Positions 49,792 through 59,879 are shown, numbered from the stretch's first letter. The stretch is DNA of 64,000 nt from a virus (IMGVR_UViG_3300032218_003059:22242-86241); one strand, 5' to 3'. The notes: a model not told the origin generated them from the letters alone. Program-made: numbers and translations.

Positions 49792-50755
49792 ATATCAAGT
49801 AATGCCGCAGGTTGTAGTATATAAAGATATGTTTACAAAGGAAGACCTTCAAAGGTTTTATAGCCTTATGGATTTTTATGAAAGCGACACTAGTCAGTTT
49901 GATGTTGTAAATGAAGAAGATTCTACAAGGGGCGACAATCATGGCACAGCCCCAGTTGAAGAAGATAATGATTCCCCAATAAATCTTTGGGTTCCTTGGC
50001 ATACATTTGGCAAGAAAACTTTTTATAATTTTAAACAAAAACCAGAAAACCTTGCTGACAAAAATTTAATATTTCTTTATGAATTCAGAGATAAACTTTC
50101 TAATGTATTCCGTTCTGTATTTAAAGATTATATTAATGAATGGTCTAAGTCTGGTTATTGGCCAGACTATATTACTAGCTGGGAATTAGATCAGCCAGAA
50201 ATTAGTCGCTTTTATTCTTCAGTAATTGAAGTTTTAAAGCATGATATACATCCAGAAAAAGAATTGGCTATTACATTTCACACTGATGCACATAAGCATA
50301 GAGTTGGTCAGCCAAGAGGACAGCAAATTATTACAATTACTATTTATGTAAATGATGACTATGAAGGTGGAGAAGTTGAATTTTTAAATGAAATTGATGA
50401 AATTCCTTCAGTAATAACCTATAAGCCAAAAGCTGGAGACGTTACTGCATTCCCTTCTGGAATTCCTTACTGGCACTCAGCTAAAGCTGTAACAGATGGA
50501 AACAAAAAACTTTTTGTTAGAATGTTTGCAATTTGGCATTATGAAGGATCTCAGGAGTGGGCAGACGGAATTAAAAAATATGGTGAAGATGAGTGGAATA
50601 AAATTGTAGACGAAGATGTTCAAAAGAAAGTAGACACTGGAATTTATGATCGTGAAGTTAGAATTGAAGGCACTAATTGGAAAGATGTCAATCCAGCAAT
50701 TAAAGTCGAAGTTTCAAAAGAAAACCACACATACGTAGACGGAAGGCTGATGTGA
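49784..50755 (+). CDS. 2OG-Fe(II) oxygenase, P4H-like
   Basis: HTD...YVNDDYEGGEV...HSA...GNK. Confidence 0.85.
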   Translation: MDKYQVMPQVVVYKDMFTKEDLQRFYSLMDFYESDTSQFDVVNEEDSTRGDNHGTAPVEEDNDSPINLWVPWHTFGKKTFYNFKQKPENLADKNLIFLYEFRDKLSNVFRSVFKDYINEWSKSGYWPDYITSWELDQPEISRFYSSVIEVLKHDIHPEKELAITFHTDAHKHRVGQPRGQQIITITIYVNDDYEGGEVEFLNEIDEIPSVITYKPKAGDVTAFPSGIPYWHSAKAVTDGNKKLFVRMFAIWHYEGSQEWADGIKKYGEDEWNKIVDEDVQKKVDTGIYDREVRIEGTNWKDVNPAIKVEVSKENHTYVDGRLM

Positions 50756-50910
50756 TTAAAGAAATCATTCTTTGTACTATAACGGGTGCAGCAGTCGGTG
50801 CAATATTTACAATTTTTAAATTACCAGTACCAGTACCTCCAGTATTTCCAGCAGTTATGGGAATAGTTGGATTATGGATTGGCGCCACCCTGATAGGACG
50901 TGTAATATAA
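50752..50910 (+). CDS. XapX/DUF1427-like small membrane protein (not in the ORF track)
   Basis: GTG start; GAAVGAIFTIFKLPVPVPPVFPAVMGIVGLWIG. Confidence 0.7.
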   Translation: MIKEIILCTITGAAVGAIFTIFKLPVPVPPVFPAVMGIVGLWIGATLIGRVI

Positions 50911-51014
50911 TGTCCACGCTTTTGTTTGGTATTATGATAGGACTATCAATAGGATATCCACTCGGATTATTTATAGACAAATTGGACAATAGGATTAAAA
51001 ATGACAGAAGATAA
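50910..51014 (+). CDS. 34-aa single-pass membrane peptide (not in the ORF track)
   Basis: MSTLLFGIMIGLSIGYPLGLFIDKLDNRIKNDRR; coupled to neighbours. Confidence 0.5.
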   Translation: MSTLLFGIMIGLSIGYPLGLFIDKLDNRIKNDRR

Positions 51015-51339
51015 GAACACGCTTGAGCTTATAAGCGACATTACTGAATTTAATGACCTTCATGAGTTTATGAAGGATGAGCATTTAGATAAAGCATTGG
51101 CAGTAGTAGTAAAGCTTTTAATGAATCCAGATGTTCCTTCTGCTAGATCACCAATGCTTATTATGGAGCTACAAGCAATGTCGACAAAGTTTGCTGTTAT
51201 GGCATCTTACTATTCTACTATTGCAAAAGATAAGGCTGGAACAACAAATAATAATAAGAAGAACGTGTATTATTCTTTAAAGGAGTCCATAGACAAACTT
51301 GTAGATGCACTTAAATATGTTGTTAGGTACAATTCCTAA
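51001..51339 (+). CDS. Conserved hypothetical protein
   Basis: 112-aa ORF coupled to the exonuclease. Confidence 0.65.
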   Translation: MTEDKNTLELISDITEFNDLHEFMKDEHLDKALAVVVKLLMNPDVPSARSPMLIMELQAMSTKFAVMASYYSTIAKDKAGTTNNNKKNVYYSLKESIDKLVDALKYVVRYNS

Positions 51340-52130
51340 TGGGTAGAGATATTGTAAAGAACCTTAAGTTTAAGAAACATACTGGAAAGTTCTTTGACCC
51401 AGAAAAATTTGCACAGCTTCTTGATGAATCATATAGGAACTTAAAGCGAGCAGATGGAGAGATGACAAAGAAGTCTTTTAGTCCAAGCTCTCTTGGGTAC
51501 GGACATGGCAAGTGTCCTAGATACTGGTACATGGCTTTTAGTGGCGCAATGTTTATTGATGACAATGATGCTGTTGCAGTAGCTAATATGGCTCAAGGAA
51601 CGCAGGCTCACGAAAGGCTTCAGAAGTTAATTGCTACCATGCCTGAATGGAGATCTGAAGAAGAAGAAATTATTAATGAGTATCCTCCTATTAGAGGCTT
51701 CATAGACCTTATTATGGAATATGATGGCGAAACAGTTATTGGTGAAATTAAAACTGCAAAGCAGGAGGTGTGGGATACAAGGCAGTCAGAGATGAAGTCT
51801 AGTACAAACCACATGCTCCAGCTATTGACATACATGAAGCTAAAAAATGCCAAAGAAGGTTTTTTTCTGTATGAAAATAAAAATACTCAAGAAATTTTAA
51901 TTATACCTATTTCTATGAACGATAAAAATAAAAAAATTATTGAAGACGCATTTTTATGGATGCAAGAAGTTTGGGATAACTTTCAAAATGGTGGGCTTCC
52001 AATGAGGCCAGCAGGCGCAACTAAATCTAAAATGCCTTGCACATACTGCCCAGTCAAAAAAGAATGCTACAGCAAAGATACTCCGCTTGGAGAAGTTCAA
52101 ATAGAGTTATATGAGGCCAATGGCCTATGA
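51339..52130 (+). CDS. Cas4-like PD-(D/E)XK exonuclease
   Basis: CPRYWY, GFID..GEIK, QL..Y, CTYC....C Fe-S cysteines. Confidence 0.85.
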   Translation: MGRDIVKNLKFKKHTGKFFDPEKFAQLLDESYRNLKRADGEMTKKSFSPSSLGYGHGKCPRYWYMAFSGAMFIDDNDAVAVANMAQGTQAHERLQKLIATMPEWRSEEEEIINEYPPIRGFIDLIMEYDGETVIGEIKTAKQEVWDTRQSEMKSSTNHMLQLLTYMKLKNAKEGFFLYENKNTQEILIIPISMNDKNKKIIEDAFLWMQEVWDNFQNGGLPMRPAGATKSKMPCTYCPVKKECYSKDTPLGEVQIELYEANGL

Positions 52131-52405
52131 AATGTTATAGAAAAGAATGCACGATAGAGTTTGAGTCTAAGACTCATAATCAAAAATATTGTTCTGATGA
52201 GTGCTGCAGGATTGCAACTAACAAAAGAATTATGGAAAAATATTATGAAAAAAAAGCCATAAGAAATGGATCTATAAGAAATTGTATTAAGTGCAAGGGT
52301 AAACTGAGTAGATATAACCAAGGATCTTCATGCTCAATATGTGAAAAAAATAGTTCTTCTAAACTTAATTCTAAAATATTGGAGATGCTAGATGAAATTG
52401 GGTGA
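52127..52405 (+). CDS. Cys-rich zinc-binding protein
   Basis: CYRKEC..YCSDECC..CIKC..CSIC. Confidence 0.65.
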   Translation: MKCYRKECTIEFESKTHNQKYCSDECCRIATNKRIMEKYYEKKAIRNGSIRNCIKCKGKLSRYNQGSSCSICEKNSSSKLNSKILEMLDEIG

Positions 52406-52958
52406 GTTAATAAAGACTAAAGCTAGCCGTGTGCTTGGCATAGATGCTTCTACAAATTCTATTGCATTTTGCCTAATGGAAAATGATGTTCCATTAAAAT
52501 GGGGAAAGATAAATCTTTCTGGTAATGATATATTTGAAAAAATATACGATGCTAAACTAAAGATGTCTGTAATGTTAGAAGAGCTAAAGTCTGATTACAT
52601 AGTAGTTGAAGGTGCCGTGCTTGTAAGATCGCCAGATGCTGTAATAAAATTATCTTATGTCTATGGAGTTGTTATTGCTGAGCTTATGTCTACTGGAGCT
52701 AAGGTTATTACAATTAGCCCTACCGCATGGCAGTCCTACATAGGTAACAAAAATCCTACTAAAGATGAGAAGTCTGCAATAAGGTTAGTAAATCCAGGAT
52801 ATGCGGACTCATGGTATAAAAATAAGATACGCAATATGAGGAAGCAAAGAACTGTAGATTACTTTAACAAGAAGTATGATTTAGCACTAGAAGATTTTGA
52901 TGTAGCAGACTCATTTGGCATTGCACACTATGCAAATAAAGTGCTTACAGAACGATGA
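52392..52958 (+). CDS. RuvC-like Holliday junction resolvase
   Basis: VLGIDAST, IVVEG, DVADSFGIA. Confidence 0.8.
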   Translation: MKLGELIKTKASRVLGIDASTNSIAFCLMENDVPLKWGKINLSGNDIFEKIYDAKLKMSVMLEELKSDYIVVEGAVLVRSPDAVIKLSYVYGVVIAELMSTGAKVITISPTAWQSYIGNKNPTKDEKSAIRLVNPGYADSWYKNKIRNMRKQRTVDYFNKKYDLALEDFDVADSFGIAHYANKVLTER

Positions 52959-53101
52959 AACTTTATCAAAGCAAAGAGTGGCTATATAGAAGATATGTAG
53001 TTCAAAAGAAAACGGTTACGGAGATAGGAAAAGAATGTCAAGTCTCTGCTATGACAATACAGAGATACCTAGAACAGTTTGGATTAATTAAAAAAAGATG
53101 A
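52955..53101 (+). CDS. 48-aa HTH DNA-binding protein (not in the ORF track)
   Basis: MKLYQSKEWLYRRYVVQKKTVTEIGKECQVSAMTIQRYLEQFGL. Confidence 0.7.
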   Translation: MKLYQSKEWLYRRYVVQKKTVTEIGKECQVSAMTIQRYLEQFGLIKKR

Positions 53102-53793
53102 ATCTAGACAGTATGTGTTATAAAATTTTTCATATTCCAAATTACGGCGAATCTGCTCAAGAAAGATCTAGGCTATTTAGTGAACTTGATTCATATCTTT
53201 CCAATAAGATTGACAGACTAAATACAGATACTGTATTAATAAGTAACAAAGAGCAGTATTTTGATTTTAATGAAAAGCATAACCTAATTAAAGCCAATAG
53301 AAAATTTAAATGGGGAGAGCTTGGAATTTGGGCCAGCAATCTTTTAGCAATAAAAAATTTTATAGAAACAGATAAAGAGTATTTAATGTTGATGGAAGAT
53401 GATATTTATGTTCCCGATAAAGATAGGTTTATAGAATTATTAAATGGGTACATGGACAGTCTTCCAGAAGGATGGGAAGTATTTAGTTATTTTGTTCATG
53501 AGAATCAGTTTACAAGATTTCAAAATATATACGGAGATACGGATATTGTTCCAGCCTATCAAGACTGGTCCATGCTTTGCTACATTCTAAATAAAAAATC
53601 GGCTACAAAAATACTAGATCTATGTTTAATTAACGGCTTCGATATGCCGATAGATTGGTATATATACCGACAACCTGAAGTATTTAAATCTTATACCCTA
53701 AACCCTATTGCGGAAATGGGATGTAAATTGTATGATATAGTATCAACATTTCAAGAAAGAGAAGAGTGGCACACAGTGCCAGAAAAGAGATAG
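53098..53793 (+). CDS. Glycosyltransferase, GT25-like
   Basis: GELGIWASN, LMLMEDD, YILNKKSATK, PIDWY. Confidence 0.75.
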   Translation: MNLDSMCYKIFHIPNYGESAQERSRLFSELDSYLSNKIDRLNTDTVLISNKEQYFDFNEKHNLIKANRKFKWGELGIWASNLLAIKNFIETDKEYLMLMEDDIYVPDKDRFIELLNGYMDSLPEGWEVFSYFVHENQFTRFQNIYGDTDIVPAYQDWSMLCYILNKKSATKILDLCLINGFDMPIDWYIYRQPEVFKSYTLNPIAEMGCKLYDIVSTFQEREEWHTVPEKR

Positions 53794-53794
53794 C

Positions 53795-54412
53795 ATGCCA
53801 AGAGCACTAGCAGAAAAATTACCAAATTGGTTTTTAGGAAATAAAACTCAAGAAGATTTTAATAAATTGTTAGATGAATTTAGGGGAAAGCCAAATCTTA
53901 AATTTTTAGAAATCGGATCATTTTGCGGTAATAGTGCAGCGTGGACTATTGAAAATATTCTAACTAATAAAACATCAAAACTTACATGCGTAGACCCATG
54001 GAATGGAAATGTTGCACATGAAGCATTTGATTTTTCTGATGTTGAAGCTGCTTTTGACGAACAGCTAGAGCCATTTAAAGATCAACTTATTAAAGAAAAA
54101 TCTTACAGTGATGAATGGCTTATGAAAAATCGTTCCAAGCAATATGATTTTATTTACATTGATGGTGATCATATGCCGCAGGCATTTATGATGGACGCAC
54201 TTCTATCCTGGGAACTTTTAAAACCAGGTGGGATTATGGCAATCGACGACTATGCATGGACACATCCAAGAGGTGCTAAATATAATCCAGGACCAGCAAT
54301 TGACATGTTTGTAAACATGTATGCAGAACATTTAACTGTTATAGAAAAAGGATGGCAAGTTTGGATACGAAAGAATCCAGATTATGTTCGACCAGAGCAT
54401 ATTCACGAATAA
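53795..54412 (+). CDS. Class I SAM methyltransferase (Methyltransf_24-like)
   Basis: FLEIGSFCG, YDFIYIDGDH, LKPGGIMAIDDY. Confidence 0.85.
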   Translation: MPRALAEKLPNWFLGNKTQEDFNKLLDEFRGKPNLKFLEIGSFCGNSAAWTIENILTNKTSKLTCVDPWNGNVAHEAFDFSDVEAAFDEQLEPFKDQLIKEKSYSDEWLMKNRSKQYDFIYIDGDHMPQAFMMDALLSWELLKPGGIMAIDDYAWTHPRGAKYNPGPAIDMFVNMYAEHLTVIEKGWQVWIRKNPDYVRPEHIHE

Positions 54413-54422
54413 GGGGCGGAAA

Positions 54423-54755
54423 ATGTTAAAACCAGTATTTGAAGATTCCAAAGAGTTTAGGTATGAAGACTTATACCTATACTCTGTTGGAGCACCAGCA
54501 GGATCCAAGATATTAGGAACATGTCTTGAAATAGCACATATGCTAATTGATAAAAATATATCTTATGGCAATTCAGCATTAGAGCCAGTAAGAATATTTT
54601 CTACGGCGGATTCAACAGAACAACTTAAGGTTAGAATTGATGATAAGCTAAATAGAGTAAAAAACAACCAGGGATTTGCTGGAGACAATGACATAGATGA
54701 TCTAATTGGTTATCTTATACTTTTAAGGATATCTAATGACATACATGGGATTTGA
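54423..54755 (+). CDS. DUF1599/nucleotide-modification-associated-like protein
   Basis: KNISYGNS..RIDDKLNR..DLIGY; ATG at 54423 preferred. Confidence 0.6.
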   Translation: MLKPVFEDSKEFRYEDLYLYSVGAPAGSKILGTCLEIAHMLIDKNISYGNSALEPVRIFSTADSTEQLKVRIDDKLNRVKNNQGFAGDNDIDDLIGYLILLRISNDIHGI

Positions 54756-55317
54756 TCAAACAAACTTTATAAAACTTCACGATATGGTTTGGATCTATAA
54801 AAATTTTTTATCTGAAGAAGAAATTAATAGGGCCATTAAAAATATTGAGTCTGGAAAGATTGTCGAAGTTAGAGACACTAAAGCAAAAAAAATTCAATTT
54901 AATGGACAATTTATTCACAAAAAAATAGTAGGTTTAATTAATAGTAATAATACTTATACTGGAGGAGATCTAGTTGCTTTTGATACTCCAATAAATACAT
55001 TTTGGCCTGCTCATAATGATAATCCAAATGATTCTAATGTTGCTTATCAAAAAGTATCTGGTATGGTAGGATATTTAAATGAATTTGAAGGAGGAGAATT
55101 AATATATCCAGACTATGGAATTATAATAAAACCAGAACCAGGGGACCTTGTAATCCATCATTCTATTGCCGTACATGCAGTTGCATTAACTAAATCTGAT
55201 AAAAGGCTGACATATACATGTGAGCTTTATAGAATTAAAGAAGATTTTCCAGAGGATGAAAAGAAAAAAGCAATTGACTTTTTAGTCAACCAGAAGTATA
55301 ATATTGGACATGAGTAG
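54736..55317 (+). CDS. 2OG-Fe(II) oxygenase, P4H-like
   Basis: HND...YLNEFEGGEL...HAV...KR. Confidence 0.82.
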   Translation: MTYMGFDQTNFIKLHDMVWIYKNFLSEEEINRAIKNIESGKIVEVRDTKAKKIQFNGQFIHKKIVGLINSNNTYTGGDLVAFDTPINTFWPAHNDNPNDSNVAYQKVSGMVGYLNEFEGGELIYPDYGIIIKPEPGDLVIHHSIAVHAVALTKSDKRLTYTCELYRIKEDFPEDEKKKAIDFLVNQKYNIGHE

Positions 55318-55846
55318 TATAGAGCCAGCAGTACATTTTGACCGCATGAATAAAGTCGTTGAGGAGCTACTCAAGGGCAATTCAGCCACGCAGATAGCAA
55401 CAGCTACAGGATTTTCCAGAAAAGAAGTCCTAGAGTTTATTGATGAGTGGAAGACAGTGGTACACAATGACTCTAATATAAGAGATAGAGCAAGAGAAGC
55501 AATCTCTGGTGCCGACCAACATTATGCAATGCTTATTAAAGAGGCCTGGAAGACCGTAGAGGATGCTGATTTAAGCGGGCAACTAAGTGTTAAGGCGGGA
55601 GCCCTAAAGTTAATTGCAGACATAGAGACTAAAAGAATAGCAATGCTCCAGTCTGTTGGAGTTCTAGAGAACACTCAGATAGCTTCACAAATTGCAGAGA
55701 CGGAACGCAAGCAAGAAGTTCTTGTTGGAATCTTAAAAGAGGTTACCGCTGGATGCCCTAAATGTAAACTTGAGGTTGCAAAAAGATTATCTCAAATTAC
55801 TGGTATTGTAGAGGCAGTAGTTATAGAGTCATCAGATGTCGTTTGA
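55304..55846 (+). CDS. Terminase small subunit (putative)
   Basis: N-terminal HTH, coiled coil; directly upstream of TerL. Confidence 0.65.
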   Translation: MDMSSIEPAVHFDRMNKVVEELLKGNSATQIATATGFSRKEVLEFIDEWKTVVHNDSNIRDRAREAISGADQHYAMLIKEAWKTVEDADLSGQLSVKAGALKLIADIETKRIAMLQSVGVLENTQIASQIAETERKQEVLVGILKEVTAGCPKCKLEVAKRLSQITGIVEAVVIESSDVV

Positions 55847-57638
55847 TTTTTCTGATTTAATTGATATATTAGACGGCGAAGAGTTTGAAGAAAAGCCAGT
55901 AGACTTACAGACATTTGTAACACATCCAGACTATCTTGGACTACCACCATTATCTGAATTACAATATACTTTAATTGAAAAAAGCTCACAAGTGTATAAG
56001 GAGTCAACACTTAAAAAGCTTTTTGGAGAAGAAGAAGGATCTAGAACCTACAAGCAAACCTGCACTGAAGTAGTTGCTCAATTGGGAAAGGGTTCTGGCA
56101 AAGACTACTGCTCAACAATTGCAGTAGCGTATATAGTCCACCTTTTGCTATGCTTAAAGAATCCAGCTACATATTATGGCAAGCCACCTGGGGATTCGAT
56201 TGATATTATTAATATTGCAATCAACTCTCAGCAAGCACAAAATGTTTTCTTTAAGGGATTTAAAACAAGAATAGATAGGTCCCCTTGGTTTGCTGGCAAA
56301 TACGAGTCTAAGGCATCTGAAATTAAATTTGATAAATCAATAACAGTGTACTCAGGTCACTCTGAAAGAGAAGCGTTTGAGGGTTACAACGTTCTTGTTG
56401 TTGTTCTTGACGAGATCTCTGGCTTCGCAACAGAAAATACTACTGGGCACGAACAGGCAAAGACTGGAAGTGCTATATATGATATGTATAGGGCTTCTGT
56501 GGACTCAAGATTTCCAGACTTTGGTAAAGTTATTTTGCTTTCTTTTCCTAGATATAAAAATGACTACATACAACAAAGATATGAAGATGTTGTTGCAGAA
56601 AAAGAAGTTGTTGTCAGAACGCATCAATTTAAATTAAATGATGACCTTCCAGATGGAACTGTTGGTAATGAGTTTGATATTGATTGGGAAGAAGATCACA
56701 TAATTTCTTACAAGTATCCTAAAATGTATGCATTAAAAAGGCCAACCTGGGAAGTTAATCCAACAAGAAACATAGATGATTTTAAAACATCCTTTTATAA
56801 AAATTCATTAGACGCACTTGGAAGATTTGCCTGCATGCCACCAGAAATGATTGATGCTTTCTTTAAATCTAGAGAGAAGGTAGAGAAGGCATTTAATAAT
56901 ACTGGATTAGCAGTAGATAAATTTGGAAGACTTGAAGAATGGTTTCAACCAGACTTAGAAAAAAAATATTTTATACATGTTGACTTAGCTCAAAAACATG
57001 ACCACTGTGCAGTTGCAATGGGTCACGTTGAAAAATGGGTCAACGTAAGAGTAACAAATGAATACTCTCAACCTGCACCAATAATAAGTATTGATGCCAT
57101 AAGGTACTGGACCCCAACTGCAGAAAAATCTGTTGACTTTACAGAAGTAAAAGATTATATACTTTCCTTAAAAACTAGAGGGTTTAACATAGGAGTATGT
57201 ACATTTGATAGATGGAACTCTCACGACATGATGCAGCAGTTAAAAACCTACGGAATTAATACAGAAATATTGTCAGTTGCTAAAAAGCATTATGACGACA
57301 TGGCAATGGTTATATTAGAAGAAAGGCTCAACGGCCCACACATACCCCTATTAATAGATGAATTATTGCAATTAAAAATTATGCGTGATAAGGTTGACCA
57401 CCCAAGAAAAGGTTCTAAGGACCTTGCTGATGCTGTCTGCGGAGCAGTGTTTAATTCAATTAGCAGGACTAGATTTAATAACAACACAGAGGTCAATGTC
57501 CATACATATGAATCAATGTCGTATGACAACGACTTTAATGTAGATGGGAAAGAAGAAGAGTACGTACAAAATATGATTAGGGCACCAAGAATGCCCGATA
57601 CTTTAAAAGAAGCTATAGACGGGATGATGATAATATGA
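55836..57638 (+). CDS. terL: Terminase large subunit
   Basis: GKGSGKD Walker A, VVVLDE Walker B, IHVDLAQKHD RNase H-like nuclease, KDLADA. Confidence 0.93.
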   Translation: MSFDFSDLIDILDGEEFEEKPVDLQTFVTHPDYLGLPPLSELQYTLIEKSSQVYKESTLKKLFGEEEGSRTYKQTCTEVVAQLGKGSGKDYCSTIAVAYIVHLLLCLKNPATYYGKPPGDSIDIINIAINSQQAQNVFFKGFKTRIDRSPWFAGKYESKASEIKFDKSITVYSGHSEREAFEGYNVLVVVLDEISGFATENTTGHEQAKTGSAIYDMYRASVDSRFPDFGKVILLSFPRYKNDYIQQRYEDVVAEKEVVVRTHQFKLNDDLPDGTVGNEFDIDWEEDHIISYKYPKMYALKRPTWEVNPTRNIDDFKTSFYKNSLDALGRFACMPPEMIDAFFKSREKVEKAFNNTGLAVDKFGRLEEWFQPDLEKKYFIHVDLAQKHDHCAVAMGHVEKWVNVRVTNEYSQPAPIISIDAIRYWTPTAEKSVDFTEVKDYILSLKTRGFNIGVCTFDRWNSHDMMQQLKTYGINTEILSVAKKHYDDMAMVILEERLNGPHIPLLIDELLQLKIMRDKVDHPRKGSKDLADAVCGAVFNSISRTRFNNNTEVNVHTYESMSYDNDFNVDGKEEEYVQNMIRAPRMPDTLKEAIDGMMII

Positions 57639-57859
57639 GCGAATATCAGGAGAAAGCAAGGGAATGTAAATGCTGTGGTAAGCACGTACCGCTTCCTACT
57701 GTTTTAAAAGAATATGAGGGGCTAATGTTATGTCCAACAACATTTTCAAATGTTATGGAGTATAAAAGAATATGGTCTACTATAGGATCAAGGCCACCAG
57801 GCAGCGTTAGAAAGCATTTCTCTGACTATGTACAGCAAATAGTCGAGGGTGGCCAGTGA
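57635..57859 (+). CDS. Small zinc-binding hypothetical protein
   Basis: CKCCGKH...LCP. Confidence 0.6.
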   Translation: MSEYQEKARECKCCGKHVPLPTVLKEYEGLMLCPTTFSNVMEYKRIWSTIGSRPPGSVRKHFSDYVQQIVEGGQ

Positions 57860-58599
57860 AAAAAATCCTAGTAATAGGTGATTCCCACACAGCAAAGCTT
57901 GGCAATTGTGTACCAGATGTTTTCTTTTTAAAAGACAGATTAATTGAATTTAAAGACTCAGAACAATTCTACGTATCTCATTACTTTGAGAACAATGAAG
58001 AAATGTGGGTTAGAGATTCATTAAGAATGTACGAGGACTCTAATTTAAAGATATGGATGTCAGCTCATCCAGGCAGGTCTGCTTTCAATTATGATTTTAA
58101 CAATTTTGCTAGCGGTACTCAAAAATATATATTAGATGAATGGGATTCAAAAGATAGCATAGTTATGCCCTGGCTCGGGTATATTGATATTAGAAATTGG
58201 CTACCTCAAACACATTTAGATAATTATAAATCAGCAAAAGAAGTAGTAGAAGTATATGTAAATAATGTAATAAAAAAATTTAATAAATCTAAAATTATAT
58301 TTATAGAGCCATTACCACAATTTATATGTATAGTCACAAATAACTGGGCAAGAATGTCGGCAGATCCAGATATAGAGTTTGAGAGAAGATATGAGCAGCA
58401 TCTTATTTTTGTTGAAGAGTTAAGACTCAAATGCAAAGAACTAGGCTTAGAGGCACCACTGAGGCCTTCTGAAATACTAGGTACGGACATGATTGAGCCT
58501 TATATGCAGCCTAAAAAGCCAATTAAGTTATTATTAAATGATCATATGACTCAGCCATATTACGAAAAAATAGTTGAATATATAGCAAAATCCGTATAG
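57856..58599 (+). CDS. SGNH/GDSL-like hydrolase fold protein
   Basis: ILVIGDSH block I; G..D block; C-terminal DH. Confidence 0.55.
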   Translation: MKKILVIGDSHTAKLGNCVPDVFFLKDRLIEFKDSEQFYVSHYFENNEEMWVRDSLRMYEDSNLKIWMSAHPGRSAFNYDFNNFASGTQKYILDEWDSKDSIVMPWLGYIDIRNWLPQTHLDNYKSAKEVVEVYVNNVIKKFNKSKIIFIEPLPQFICIVTNNWARMSADPDIEFERRYEQHLIFVEELRLKCKELGLEAPLRPSEILGTDMIEPYMQPKKPIKLLLNDHMTQPYYEKIVEYIAKSV

Positions 58600-58602
58600 T
58601 TA

Positions 58603-58631
58603 TTGACGCCTGCTGTACATAAATGTATAAT
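58603..58631 (+). promoter_or_regulatory. Promoter for the tRNA/ahpCD unit
   Basis: TTGACG-N17-TATAAT, 8 nt upstream of tRNA-Met. Confidence 0.7.
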
Positions 58632-58639
58632 ACTTAAAG

Positions 58640-58713
58640 GCGACAGTAGCTTAGTTGGTTAAAGCCCCGAACTCATAATTCGGTAATCGTAGGTTCGAGT
58701 CCTACCTGTCGCA
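58640..58713 (+). tRNA. tRNA with CAT anticodon (Met or lysidine-Ile2)
   Basis: GCGACAG/CTGTCGC acceptor; CCGAA-CTCATAA-TTCGG. Confidence 0.9.
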
Positions 58714-58717
58714 CTAG

Positions 58718-58789
58718 ACCTCTGTAGCTCAGAGGAAGAGCAACAGACTTCTAATCTGTTGGTCGCTGGTTCGATTCCAGCCAGGGGTA
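58718..58789 (+). tRNA. tRNA-Arg(TCT)
   Basis: ACCTCTG/CAGGGGT acceptor; ACAGA-CTTCTAA-TCTGT. Confidence 0.9.
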
Positions 58790-58827
58790 CGATACACGAA
58801 AGTGTATTACTTATATAAGGAGAAAAA

Positions 58828-59364
58828 ATGAAAACAATTGGCGATAAGCTAGGTAACTTTGCCGTTACTGGAGTAAAGCCTGGAGCTCTCACGTACGACG
58901 ATAGCTCTTTTGAAACAATCACGCAAGAATCTTTTCCAGGCAAATGGAAAATTATTGTATTCTATCCAAAAGATTTTACATTTGTATGTCCAACAGAAAT
59001 TGTTGCATATGATAAATTATCTAGTGACTTTAATGATCGTGATGCAGTTCTTATGACTGGATCTGTAGATAATGAATTTTGTAAAATTGCTTGGCGCAAT
59101 GCTCATGAAGACCTCAAGAAAACAAATTCATGGTCTTTTGCAGATACTGCACATCAGCTTGCCAATGACTTGGGTGTTCATGCTCCATCTGGAGTTACAT
59201 ATCGTGCAACATTTATTGTTGATCCAGAAAATATTATTCAGCATATCACAGTAAATAATCTAGATGTAGGTAGAAATGCCGATGAAGCACTTCGTGTTTT
59301 AGATGCACTTCAAACTGGAGAGCTTTGTGCATGCAATAGACCTTTGGGCGGAGAAACTATTTAA
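58828..59364 (+). CDS. ahpC: Peroxiredoxin AhpC (actinobacterial type)
   Basis: FYPKDFTFVCPTE and GELCACN. Confidence 0.93.
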   Translation: MKTIGDKLGNFAVTGVKPGALTYDDSSFETITQESFPGKWKIIVFYPKDFTFVCPTEIVAYDKLSSDFNDRDAVLMTGSVDNEFCKIAWRNAHEDLKKTNSWSFADTAHQLANDLGVHAPSGVTYRATFIVDPENIIQHITVNNLDVGRNADEALRVLDALQTGELCACNRPLGGETI

Positions 59365-59879
59365 TGTTGTGGGCTGATCAATTAAAGGATTCTCTTCCAG
59401 AGTATGCAAAAGATATCAAGCTTAATTTAGATGCTGTTATAAATAGATCAACGATTGATCCTGAACAAGCAACATACCTATCAATTGCAGCGGCATTTGC
59501 AACTGGTAACTCCAAGCTACTTTCATTTATTTTAGCTAATGGTCCAGACGACAATGTTGAAAAAAATGCAGCATTAACTGCCGCATCGATTATGGCTCAA
59601 AATAATATTTGGTACCCATACATTGAAATGGCTGGAGATTCGAACCTTGCAGGACTTCCAGCTCAATTAAGAATGAACTCCATTGCTTCACACGGAGGAA
59701 CTACAAAAGCAAAGTTTGAAGCATATTCACTTGTGGCTTCAATTATTGGCAAATGCCACTTTTGTGTTGCAGCACACTATGCTACACTTAAAGAAGAAGG
59801 ATATACTGTAGAGCAGTTGCGTGATATCGGAAGAATTGCAGCAACAATTAATGCAGTATCAAAAATTCTTTCTGCATAA
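59364..59879 (+). CDS. ahpD: Alkylhydroperoxidase reductase AhpD
   Basis: LPEYAKDIKLNL, MAQNNIWY, GKCHFCVAAH (CxxC..H); coupled to ahpC. Confidence 0.9.
   Translation: MLWADQLKDSLPEYAKDIKLNLDAVINRSTIDPEQATYLSIAAAFATGNSKLLSFILANGPDDNVEKNAALTAASIMAQNNIWYPYIEMAGDSNLAGLPAQLRMNSIASHGGTTKAKFEAYSLVASIIGKCHFCVAAHYATLKEEGYTVEQLRDIGRIAATINAVSKILSA

Noticed and set aside
51339-52130. Cas4-like gene as evidence of a CRISPR system
   Set aside because: No repeat-spacer array or other cas genes in the window; solo Cas4-like exonucleases are common in phage recombination modules
55304-57638. Terminase located far from the portal as a rearrangement or misassembly
   Set aside because: This dispersed arrangement is, to my knowledge, normal for large actinobacterial siphoviruses, and the flanking ORFs are cleanly coupled
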